Assembly (NCBI GenBank): GCA_947627115.1
Contig: CANQUQ010000009.1
Location: forward strand, 14,829 to 78,828
Source: an uncultured Acetatifactor sp.
GTDB lineage: Bacteria > Bacillota > Clostridia > Lachnospirales > Lachnospiraceae
Direction of reading: 5' to 3'
DNA length: 64,000 nucleotides
Positions within the stretch are counted from its first letter, which is position 1. Every line of letters begins with the position of its first letter. Shown piece after piece: positions 47,419 through 56,196 of this stretch. Below the pieces are notes generated by a model. That model saw only the letters and a program-made list of their open reading frames with translations. It did no database searches and had not been told where the DNA came from. Both the position numbers and the translations under genes were made by a program.

Positions 47419-48429
47419 ATGGCTTTATTTGAATCATATGAGAGACGTATTGACAAGATCAACGAAGTTCTGAACAGCTATGGCATCTCCTCTATCGAAG
47501 AAGCGGAGAAGATCACCAAGGACGCAGGCCTGGATGTATACGACCAGGTAAAGAAGATCCAGCCCATCTGTTTTGAGAATGCGTGCTGGGCGTACACCGT
47601 AGGCGCAGCCATCGCTATCAAGAAGGGTGCAAAGAAGGCCTCCGAAGCCGCTGCAGCCATCGGCGAGGGACTTCAGGCATTCTGTATTCCCGGCTCTGTG
47701 GCAGACACCCGTAAGGTGGGCTTAGGCCACGGCAATCTTGGCAAGATGCTGCTGGAGGAGGACACCGACTGCTTCTGCTTCCTGGCAGGACATGAGTCCT
47801 TCGCTGCCGCAGAAGGCGCTATCGGTATCGCCGAGAAGGCCAACAAGGTCCGCCAGAAGCCTCTGCGCGTGATCCTGAACGGCCTCGGCAAGGATGCCGC
47901 AAAGATCATTTCCCGTATCAACGGTTTTACCTTTGTGGAGACCGAATACGATCCCTATACCAACACGGTAAAAGAGATCGAGAAGATTCCCTATTCCACC
48001 GGACTTCGTTCCAAGGTGAACTGCTACGGTGCGAACTCCGTTCCTGAGGGCGTTGCCATCATGTGGAAGGAGAACGTGGACGTTTCCATCACCGGCAACT
48101 CCACCAACCCCACCAGATTCCAGCATCCCGTTGCAGGAACCTACAAGAAGGAGAGGACCGAGGCCGGCAAGAAGTACTTCTCCGTTGCCTCCGGCGGCGG
48201 TACAGGACGTACCCTGCATCCCGACAACATGGCTGCAGGCCCCGCTTCCTACGGCTTCACCGACACCCTAGGCCGTATGCATTCCGATGCGCAGTTCGCG
48301 GGTTCTTCCTCCGTGCCTGCACACGTTGAGATGATGGGCCTGATCGGTATGGGCAACAACCCCATGGTGGGCGCTACCGTGGCTGTGGCTGTATCCATTG
48401 AGGAAGCTGCTAAAGCAGGCAAATTCTAA
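47419..48429 (+). CDS. GGGtGRT-family protein (function unknown)
   Basis: ASGGGTGRTLHPD signature; FLAGHESFAAAEGA; TGNSTNPTRF. Confidence 0.9.
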   Translation: MALFESYERRIDKINEVLNSYGISSIEEAEKITKDAGLDVYDQVKKIQPICFENACWAYTVGAAIAIKKGAKKASEAAAAIGEGLQAFCIPGSVADTRKVGLGHGNLGKMLLEEDTDCFCFLAGHESFAAAEGAIGIAEKANKVRQKPLRVILNGLGKDAAKIISRINGFTFVETEYDPYTNTVKEIEKIPYSTGLRSKVNCYGANSVPEGVAIMWKENVDVSITGNSTNPTRFQHPVAGTYKKERTEAGKKYFSVASGGGTGRTLHPDNMAAGPASYGFTDTLGRMHSDAQFAGSSSVPAHVEMMGLIGMGNNPMVGATVAVAVSIEEAAKAGKF

Positions 48430-48466
48430 GAAACGATTACAGGTTCTGAGAAATAGCGTGAAACAA

Positions 48467-48510
48467 AGGGCTTCTGTTGACATGAATGGTCAGCGGGAGC
48501 CCTAAATTTT
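48467..48510 (+). terminator. Hairpin closing the GGGtGRT operon
   Basis: 15-bp stem with three G-U pairs (agggcttctgttgac / gtcagcgggagccct); weak T-tail. Confidence 0.6.
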
Positions 48511-48681
48511 GCCGCGCCGCACACAGGCGGCAAACAGGAAGCACACAAATATAGAGCATAAGAAAATTCAATCAGATAGCGATCAGCTGCAGTGTAAAAA
48601 TAATTGCAGAACAATGATAATTATGAGCAAAAAGAGTATGTTATGAAACGGCAGTATTGCAGAGCACATTTCACAAAATGG

Positions 48682-48709
48682 TTGACTTGAATATTGCCGT
48701 TTTATATTA
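48682..48709 (+). promoter_or_regulatory. Putative sigmaA promoter of the toxin-antitoxin pair
   Basis: TTGACT-16-TATTAT. Confidence 0.55.
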
Positions 48710-48745
48710 TGTATACAGGAGAGAATGTGATTGGAGGTATGGCGC

Positions 48746-49399
48746 ATGAGAGATGTGTATGAATATGCTAAATTTTTTATAAAGAACGGAGCCGATTCAG
48801 AGCCGAATACTTATGACGGAAATATGAAATTACAGAAATTGCTCGTGTTGGCAAATATGGCTTATATCTCACAATACCAAAAACCACTTTATAATGAGGA
48901 TATCCTTGCCTTTGAAAATGGGTTAGTCGTTGAAAAAGTCCGACTGAAATATAGAAATGACTATCATGCTTTCAAGTTGGAAAGCGAAAAATTTAATCCG
49001 AATTTTGATCAAGAAGAATATGAAATATTAAATGCTGTGTTAGGCGTTTATGGTCATTTGTCTGCAAAAGAGCTATCCGATTTAAATCATCAGTTTAATT
49101 CATGGAAACAGGCATATCGCGATGGAACATCGAGTGAAGGTTATCATGATAAAAAGAAATCAGTGGTGGATTTCAGCGCATTTCCGGATGATATTGAAGC
49201 TGTCGGAAGGGCTATAAAGGCATATAAGGAAACGAAAAAGAATGCCCTGCAGCATGAAGTGGTGAACGGAGTTACGTTTTATTATGATGATTTAGTGATG
49301 ACGGATGAACTGATAGCAGAGCTGGAAAAATTTTCCAAGGTATGTGAGGAAGATGCCTACAGCATTTGTCAAGAGGACGGAAGGCTGGTGATTTACTAA
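48746..49399 (+). CDS. Panacea (DUF4065/SocA/GepA-like) antitoxin
   Basis: NMKLQKLLVLA, LYNEDILAFENGLVV, LSAKELSDLNH..SW; GGAGG 8 nt before the ATG; AT-rich. Confidence 0.82.
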   Translation: MRDVYEYAKFFIKNGADSEPNTYDGNMKLQKLLVLANMAYISQYQKPLYNEDILAFENGLVVEKVRLKYRNDYHAFKLESEKFNPNFDQEEYEILNAVLGVYGHLSAKELSDLNHQFNSWKQAYRDGTSSEGYHDKKKSVVDFSAFPDDIEAVGRAIKAYKETKKNALQHEVVNGVTFYYDDLVMTDELIAELEKFSKVCEEDAYSICQEDGRLVIY

Positions 49400-49742
49400 T
49401 GCCGCAGACGTTTATTGCAGGTCAGGCATTTTGGGGCAGGATATGTTTTCCGGATGGAGATCTTCCGGCCTATGACAGACCTTATCTTGTTGTTGGCGTA
49501 GATGGGGATTATGTGGAAATTCTTACAGTATCTTCTGTGACAGGTAAAGAGTGGAAGCTGTCAATTCCGACGAATAGAGAGATTATCAATTATGATCCTC
49601 CGTTTCCCAAAAGAACATTTGTAAAATTAGATTCGCTGCAGAAAGTACATATAAATGATTTGTCTAATGTTATGATTGCAAAAAGGGAAGAACATTGAAT
49701 GCAGCGGAACTTTCAGAAATTATCAGTGCTATCATTAGGTAA
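49399..49742 (+). pseudogene. PemK/MazF-like toxin with an apparent 1-nt frameshift near the 3' end (in-frame stop 49698, -1-frame stop 49742)
   Basis: GQAFWGRICFPDG...RPYLVV...TFVKLDSL; TAATG coupling to the antitoxin; -1 frame continues KGRTLNAAELSEIISAIIR. Confidence 0.65.
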
Positions 49743-49766
49743 ATATTAAAAAATGAAGATGCCAAG

Positions 49767-50516
49767 ATGGGAGAACGGTTTTTGAATAAAAAAATTAAAA
49801 TAACTCTGGCAGCGCTCGCGGCAGTGTCCCTTCTGGCGATTGCGGCAGGACTTTTGGCAGGAGCGATCTATTTCGGCTTTTTTCATGTGAACGGGTTTGC
49901 CGCATCTCGCTATCCGGTGCGCGGTGTGGACGTGTCTCATTATCAGGGGAGGATCGACTGGCCGGTATTGTCCGGGCAGGACATTCAGTTCGCATACATC
50001 AAAGCTACAGAAGGAAGCTCTTACACGGACGAATGTTTTGCAGACAACTGGAAAGATGCGCGGCAGACGGGGCTTCGGGTCGGTGCCTATCATTTTTTCA
50101 GTTTTGACAGTACCGGTATCCAGCAGGCAGAGCATTTCATTGAAACGGTGGACGCTTTTGAGGAAATGCTGCCGCCTGTGGTGGATGTGGAATTTTACGG
50201 AAAAACAGAAGCAGACCCGCCCCAGGCGGAGGAGGTGGCGGCACAGCTGCAGGTCTATCTTGACACGGTGGAGGAGGCGTATGGGCTTAAGCCCATGATC
50301 TATGCCACTTACGATACGTGGGAGCTCTATATCAAGGACAGATTTGAAGAATATCCTCTGTGGATACGGGACATCTGGCATAGACCGGACAAGAGTGTCC
50401 CGTGGACATTCTGGCAGTATACCAACCGCGGCCGCCTGCGGGGATTTTCGGGCGATGAGGAACCTTATGTGGATCTGGATGTATATGGCGGCAGCAAAGA
50501 ATTAATTATGAACTAG
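49767..50516 (+). CDS. GH25 muramidase with N-terminal membrane anchor
   Basis: VDVSHYQG, YIKATEG, GAYHFF, PPVVDVE, FWQYT, VDLD; alternative TTG start at 49782. Confidence 0.92.
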   Translation: MGERFLNKKIKITLAALAAVSLLAIAAGLLAGAIYFGFFHVNGFAASRYPVRGVDVSHYQGRIDWPVLSGQDIQFAYIKATEGSSYTDECFADNWKDARQTGLRVGAYHFFSFDSTGIQQAEHFIETVDAFEEMLPPVVDVEFYGKTEADPPQAEEVAAQLQVYLDTVEEAYGLKPMIYATYDTWELYIKDRFEEYPLWIRDIWHRPDKSVPWTFWQYTNRGRLRGFSGDEEPYVDLDVYGGSKELIMN

Positions 50517-50817
50517 ATATGAAACAGATTTTGCAAATTGGATTATAAATAATTATCTTTTGTTGTAATAGAGACAGTGAGATGAGGCGAGAAAGGGGAT
50601 TACATGAAGAAGTATATCATTACTTATGCCTGTAGTTATGTTAATCAGTTTCGTGTTTTTACCGATAGGCATGTCAAAACATATGCCCATACAGCCGAAG
50701 GAAACATTTACTCAGATATGGTCTCTTGTTTCACTGGCTATGCGTTAATTTGCAAGTGGCAGGAGGAGTAATGGTTTATAGCCTCCGAAAATTCGGACGC
50801 GAAAGGAGAAATATCCC

Positions 50818-53061
50818 ATGAAAAAATATCATTTCCTTCTGCCGCTGTTATGTCTGCTCTGTCTGTCCGGCTGCGGGAAGCAGACGGAGGAGGTGCAGAC
50901 AGATCCGCAGGCCCTGGACTGGAAGAAGAACGGATTTGCGGTCAGCAAGGGAGTGGTGGAGGAACAGGCGCTTTGGGTGGGTGAGTACATTCCCTGGGAG
51001 CATAGAGATGTGACCTGGAACGAGGAGACAGAGTATGTCGGCGAATCTGTCCAGGCAGTGTGCTGCGGCGAAAAAATATATAAGGTGCTGCCGATTATAA
51101 GTAACGGGGAATATGTATTTAACAAATGCTATCTGGAGATATATGATACCGGATCAATGGAAATGTCGGTCAGTGAGCTTGACCTGGAGAAGATAGGGAT
51201 CAAAAAGACGGGAGAGACCAGAAAATTACTGAGGGGAATAGATGTCCTGGAAGATGGGTCCTATGCCTTCCATGTGCTGGAGCTTGAGGTCGATATGGAC
51301 GAGAAAGGGGGCGAGACCTATACCCAGCTATTCAACGGATTGACCTTGTCGGATCCGAAGGAAAATGCGGAGCAGGTCGATTGGCGCCCTTTTTTTGAGA
51401 CGCAGGGGCTTACGGAACTCGGTCAGACCATTGACATTTCATGGCGATGTGACAGGGATGGGAACAGTTATATCAGAACGGGAACGGGCGATGCTCCGTT
51501 TGGCCGGCTGTATATTCTGGATCCGAAAGGCAAGCTTGTGATGGATCATCAGGTGTCGGAATCGGAACAGATCTTTCCGCCAATGAAGACCCAGGACGGT
51601 GAATTAATCTTTTTGATCTTTAACACGGACACAAGAAGTTCGAAGCTGGTCTGGTTCGATGTGAAGGAGGAACAGGAGCATACCGTCGCGGCGCTGGAGG
51701 ATGATTACGTAAAGCAGCTGTATGGCATGGTGGGGAATGACCTTTACTATGAAAACGGATTCGGCATTGTCAAATGGGATGTTGAATCCGGCATAAGAAA
51801 GCTGATATTTCGCTATGACAGCAACGGAATTGATGATGCTTATCAGTCTATGCTGGTGTTGCGGAAGGATAGGACACCGGTACTCAGAGTATGGGGAAGC
51901 TCCGACGACGGGCAGGAGGATTGGATCGTTACATTGTCGGAAGAGCCGACTGAGCGTTCCGAGGCTGTCCGCATCGTGAGCCTGACGACAGAGTCGCAGC
52001 GGCTAAGGAACAGTGTGCCGGTGGTCAGTCGCAGGAATCCCAACTATGCGTTCGTGTATGAGGAACCGGAAAGCTCAACTGCGGAGGACTACCGCACCCG
52101 GATCATGGCGGACCTGACGGCAGGGCACGGACCGGAGGTCATGTATGTCTCCCTTGAGGATATGGAGATATTATATGAAAAGGGTATGCTGGCAGATCTT
52201 CGGGACTATCTCTCGGAAGAGACTTTGGACAAGATCGTTCCCGGTGTACTGGAAATGGGGACTGTGGACGGAACGCTGGTGGGAATTGCTCCCGGAATCA
52301 GTGCGCGGTCACTGCGGGTAGGTGAAAATGTGTGGAGCGGGGACAGCTGGACCCTGGATGATATCTTGACGCTGATGGAAAGCGGAAAGCTGGAAAATAA
52401 GATATACTATGAGAAGAACGGCTCCTATTACGGCTCCATGGCCGTTGTGCGCTGGCTGACATTTGATAATCTGGAGAATTCTTTTCTGATTGACTGGGAG
52501 AGCGGTGAAAGCCATTTTGAGGATGACAGGTTCATTCGTCTTCTGAAATGTATCGGAAAATATGACAGCGCATCCTATGAGGGACCGCAGGACGACAGAA
52601 TAGGCGGAGGCGGCAGCCTGATCGTGTTCGATCAGATCAGCACTCTGCAGGATGCCGCCGAATATGCCGAGACCCACAGAGTACAGGGAAGTCACTACGT
52701 GGGCTTTCCGTCGGAGCGCGGCAACGGGAATTATCTGGATGCTGACGGCGTCGTTGTAGTGAACAGAGATGTCTCCGACCCGGCTGCGGTATCGGTCTAT
52801 CTGGAAGGTCTTTTGGAAAACGGGGTGCAGATGAACGACACCCTGGAACTGTATCACGGCCTTCCGGTGACCGAGCTTCCTGCGGACGAACAGGAGACAA
52901 ATGCCTTTCTCGCCCGGTGCGTACCTGCGCCCAGAGCTTATAAGGACATAGAGGATATTATTTATGAGGAACTTAGGGATTACTATGCCGGTGACAAGAC
53001 GGCGGAGGAAGCGGCGGAAATTATTGACAACCGCGTCCAGCTCTATCTGGATGAAATGTGA
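50818..53061 (+). CDS. Large extracellular solute-binding lipoprotein (family 1-like C-terminal part)
   Basis: Lipobox CLSGC; ADLTAGHGPEV, LADLRDYL, IIYEELRDYYAGDKTAEEAAEIIDNRVQLYLDE. Confidence 0.7.
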   Translation: MKKYHFLLPLLCLLCLSGCGKQTEEVQTDPQALDWKKNGFAVSKGVVEEQALWVGEYIPWEHRDVTWNEETEYVGESVQAVCCGEKIYKVLPIISNGEYVFNKCYLEIYDTGSMEMSVSELDLEKIGIKKTGETRKLLRGIDVLEDGSYAFHVLELEVDMDEKGGETYTQLFNGLTLSDPKENAEQVDWRPFFETQGLTELGQTIDISWRCDRDGNSYIRTGTGDAPFGRLYILDPKGKLVMDHQVSESEQIFPPMKTQDGELIFLIFNTDTRSSKLVWFDVKEEQEHTVAALEDDYVKQLYGMVGNDLYYENGFGIVKWDVESGIRKLIFRYDSNGIDDAYQSMLVLRKDRTPVLRVWGSSDDGQEDWIVTLSEEPTERSEAVRIVSLTTESQRLRNSVPVVSRRNPNYAFVYEEPESSTAEDYRTRIMADLTAGHGPEVMYVSLEDMEILYEKGMLADLRDYLSEETLDKIVPGVLEMGTVDGTLVGIAPGISARSLRVGENVWSGDSWTLDDILTLMESGKLENKIYYEKNGSYYGSMAVVRWLTFDNLENSFLIDWESGESHFEDDRFIRLLKCIGKYDSASYEGPQDDRIGGGGSLIVFDQISTLQDAAEYAETHRVQGSHYVGFPSERGNGNYLDADGVVVVNRDVSDPAAVSVYLEGLLENGVQMNDTLELYHGLPVTELPADEQETNAFLARCVPAPRAYKDIEDIIYEELRDYYAGDKTAEEAAEIIDNRVQLYLDEM

Positions 53062-53089
53062 GGAATCTATCTGAAGGAGACGACGTTTT

Positions 53090-53788
53090 ATGCTGTTGAT
53101 CGGAGATAAGATACAGGAATACCGCAAGGCTGCCAATCTGACCCAGGAGGAGTTTGCGGCGAAAGTGGGAGTGACCAGGCAGGCGGTCTCCAAATGGGAA
53201 CTGGATAAGGCATATCCGGATCTGGACAAGCTGGCGGACATCTGCGAGATCCTCCATGTCAGTATCACGGAATTTCTGTACGGCAGGGAGGAATCCGCAT
53301 CTGGGGAGGGCCGGACGGAGAGTGCGGCAGAGCCTGCCGGAAGAGCGCGCGGCAAGTCGTCCCGTCTGCGGCTGTACAGTATGGCGGTGCTGCTGGGCGG
53401 AGCCTTTGTATTCTGTGCAGTGGTCCTTGCGGTCTTTCTGATGCGTTATCCCCGGCCGAAGGACGACGGCCTTTTGGAGCAGGCCAGGGTGGAGAGGGTC
53501 TACAGACAGTATACCAAAGCGGATCTGGGAATCTATGACGATGTGGGCCGCAAGGTCGTAAGGACGTTATGGCTGGATGCGGACGGCATCCGTCAGGGGG
53601 ATTATATCGAGTGCTATACCAACGGGGAACAGGATGGGATATTCTACGATTACAATATCGGCACGCTGGCGGTCTTTCTTGTCCTGACGCTCCTTTTTCT
53701 GCTTCTTTTCCTGCTCTGTATGGGAGAAATATCATGTGCGGCACCGGTGCGTACGCCGGGTGAGCGGAAGGGAAAGGAGCAGTCATGA
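53090..53788 (+). CDS. XRE-family HTH regulator with two TM segments
   Basis: IQEYRKAANLTQEEFAAKVGVTRQAVSKWELDKAYPD; two hydrophobic stretches. Confidence 0.85.
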   Translation: MLLIGDKIQEYRKAANLTQEEFAAKVGVTRQAVSKWELDKAYPDLDKLADICEILHVSITEFLYGREESASGEGRTESAAEPAGRARGKSSRLRLYSMAVLLGGAFVFCAVVLAVFLMRYPRPKDDGLLEQARVERVYRQYTKADLGIYDDVGRKVVRTLWLDADGIRQGDYIECYTNGEQDGIFYDYNIGTLAVFLVLTLLFLLLFLLCMGEISCAAPVRTPGERKGKEQS

Positions 53789-55032
53789 GCGGCAGGTGGA
53801 GATGGGGCTTTGCGGCAGCGGCGGCGGGAGCATTTCTGCTTGCAGTATTTCTGGGCCTTTGGTTTTCGGGCATTCTTTCCTTCGGGGGAGCGGGCGGAGA
53901 AAATAAGGACGGCAGCGGCGGAGGATATGCGGCGGGCGTCGGAGCGGACGGAGAATATACGGCAGACGCCGAAAACGGCACAAATATGTCCGAGACATGG
54001 GAGATCGTCTTCAAAGGGATGAAATTTGCCGTGCCGGAAAAGGGAATGGCCTGTGTCCATGAGAGCGGCTGCATGAACATCAGACAGCAGGACGAATACC
54101 TGATCCAGATCGATATCGAGGACGATACCGTTGAGGGACTGTGGGAGCGCATGGACAGCAAGAAAAAGTCTTTGACGGATTCGGGCTATCGGATGGAGGA
54201 GGAACCGCAGCTGCTGGACAGAGACGGACAGACCTATATCCGATATGCTATCAGTATGGCGGACGAGAGGGGAAGTGATTTTGATCGTTCTTTTTTTGAA
54301 GTGCTGCTGTTCCCCGCGGACGATCAGAGGCGTTTTCTGGCGGTGCTCCGCTTTGACGGGATCGATATGGAAAAGCTTGAGACGAAGCGTCGCAGCCGCA
54401 TGTACGAAGAGGCGGAAGAGGCGGCGCTCAATGTGCTTGTCCGGGCGGTCCCCACGGAGGAAAAGGACGACCCTGCCGGCACCCTCTGGATGGAGGATGA
54501 GAACCTCGACCCCAACGGAGCATACCTTTCAGAGGATTCGATCCTCTGCGATGACGGTGAGTGGACCGTCTCGTACAGACTGCCGAAGAACAGTCAGATT
54601 GTTTTCGACGATCTGGCCGGCAAGACATATCTTGACACGGACAAACAGATCTATATCCGGATAGGCACGCTGAACTACACATGGATGACAGCGGAGGACA
54701 TGGTGCGCTCATCTGTCTCCTCCCGACTTTCCGAGACCACGGAACAGGGAGAGATCGAATCGGGAGGCCGCACGTTCTATTATGACACCTATTCCGTTCT
54801 GGAGTACGGGGAAACAAAAAAAGTGACCCATTATTACTTTGAGGCGTACTGCGATCTGGAGAACGGAGATATTTTCTGTATCCACGTATCCGCGGATGAC
54901 CGCCCTGAGGTATTGGATGAACTGTACTATCTTGACATCTATGACATCACAGAGACGGAGGCGGCGAAAAATCAGGCTTTTTCGCCGCAATCAACCGTTC
55001 GTTGCGCATCTGCAACCAGATTTCGCTTGTGA
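53785..55032 (+). CDS. Hypothetical single-pass membrane protein, acidic extracellular domain
   Basis: N-terminal TM, Gly-rich linker; ATGA overlap with the XRE gene. Confidence 0.7.
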   Translation: MSGRWRWGFAAAAAGAFLLAVFLGLWFSGILSFGGAGGENKDGSGGGYAAGVGADGEYTADAENGTNMSETWEIVFKGMKFAVPEKGMACVHESGCMNIRQQDEYLIQIDIEDDTVEGLWERMDSKKKSLTDSGYRMEEEPQLLDRDGQTYIRYAISMADERGSDFDRSFFEVLLFPADDQRRFLAVLRFDGIDMEKLETKRRSRMYEEAEEAALNVLVRAVPTEEKDDPAGTLWMEDENLDPNGAYLSEDSILCDDGEWTVSYRLPKNSQIVFDDLAGKTYLDTDKQIYIRIGTLNYTWMTAEDMVRSSVSSRLSETTEQGEIESGGRTFYYDTYSVLEYGETKKVTHYYFEAYCDLENGDIFCIHVSADDRPEVLDELYYLDIYDITETEAAKNQAFSPQSTVRCASATRFRL

Positions 55033-55157
55033 AGAACAGCATTTTTTCCTAATAATTCCTTTTGCAGTGTCTCTGCTCTCCGGACCGGCGCATGGTCTGT
55101 GCGGCAGGAGCGTTCGGCCGTAGGCTGAGACACGAAAAAAGGAAAAGGAGAAAAAGT

Positions 55158-56030
55158 ATGAAAAAAAGAAGAAAAGAACTACAGGGGCTCCTCACCGCGG
55201 CGGTCGTGCTGTGCCTGATGACGGCCTGCGCAGGAAGAAGCGACGTGGGGGAAACGCAGAGATCCTCTGAGAACGAGGCAGGTCAGAGCGAAGCCCTCGG
55301 AGCGGAAGAGGCGGATACGGAGGAAACACAGTCCCAGGATCCGGGGACGGCTGAGACAGAGGAGGAAGACAGCTCGGACCAAGAGAACTCTGACGCAGAA
55401 GCTTCTGACGCGGAGGGCTCCCAGGAGAAAGAGGCGGCGTCACAGCCGAAGCCCTTTGTTCCCGTGGAGGGACTAAGCGAGGATTATGCCGACCTTGAAA
55501 AGAGATGCTTTGCCTATAAGGGACAGATATTTACGCTCGGAGAGAGCACGCTTCAGGACCTGATCGACGGCGGCATTCCGTTCGACGAAGACGAGCTGAA
55601 GAACATCGGCAACAATGTGAACAGCAATTATGAGACGGGCAGATACAGTGTGGAGATCAACGACTATGTCTGGCTGCAGTTCTCCTTCCTCAATATGACG
55701 GACGACAGCATCAGCGAGGCGGAATGCCTGCTTTGTTCCGTGAGATGGTATACGATCTACGTTCCCCAGCCGGACTATGAGGACAGCATGAATGAGGAGA
55801 TCACAGATCTGATCGCCGCCGCCCAGGAGGAGGTGTGCTTTTCCTTCCCGTTCACGCTGACCAAGGAGCAGCTTTTGGAAAATAACGGCAATGCCACGGA
55901 GATCGATGAATATAATAATGTCAGGTACTATGCGGACTCCGAGATCTATATGGGGAAGAGCGGATATTCCTTTGAATTCAACAAGACCACAGATCAGCTG
56001 GAAGCCGTGAGCATCTCCTGGCTCCCGTGA
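55158..56030 (+). CDS. Hypothetical lipoprotein with an acidic disordered linker
   Basis: MKKRRK...LMTAC lipobox; E/D/S-rich linker; AGGAG RBS. Confidence 0.75.
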   Translation: MKKRRKELQGLLTAAVVLCLMTACAGRSDVGETQRSSENEAGQSEALGAEEADTEETQSQDPGTAETEEEDSSDQENSDAEASDAEGSQEKEAASQPKPFVPVEGLSEDYADLEKRCFAYKGQIFTLGESTLQDLIDGGIPFDEDELKNIGNNVNSNYETGRYSVEINDYVWLQFSFLNMTDDSISEAECLLCSVRWYTIYVPQPDYEDSMNEEITDLIAAAQEEVCFSFPFTLTKEQLLENNGNATEIDEYNNVRYYADSEIYMGKSGYSFEFNKTTDQLEAVSISWLP

Positions 56031-56058
56031 TTGAAAGACCGCGTTTTTTGTTCCGGCT

Positions 56059-56121
56059 CTGAAGCTATCCTGTAATCGTCTGAAGGCATCCTGCGATCGT
56101 CTGAAGGTATCCTGCGATCGT
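56059..56121. repeat. 21-bp tandem repeat x3
   Basis: ctgaagctatcctgtaatcgt / ctgaaggcatcctgcgatcgt / ctgaaggtatcctgcgatcgt. Confidence 0.9.
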
Positions 56122-56126
56122 CGATA

Positions 56127-56156
56127 TTGAGATGTGCCGGTATTCTATGCTATAAT
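56127..56156 (+). promoter_or_regulatory. Putative sigmaA promoter (extended -10) of the GH51 gene
   Basis: TTGAGA-18-TATAAT, with TG one base upstream of the -10. Confidence 0.65.
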
Positions 56157-56196
56157 AAGACAACGGTGCATATAGCATCTAAGATTCGGGGAGGGT

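Noticed and set aside
48746-50516. Prophage remnant (GepA-like gene next to a GH25 'endolysin')
   Set aside because: There is no integrase, holin or structural gene. The GH25 has an N-terminal membrane anchor and no cell-wall-binding domain, like chromosomal muramidases.
55067-55133. TPP riboswitch (GCTGAGA)
   Set aside because: The downstream ACCTGAT...AATG...GG half of the aptamer is missing and no thiamine genes are adjacent.
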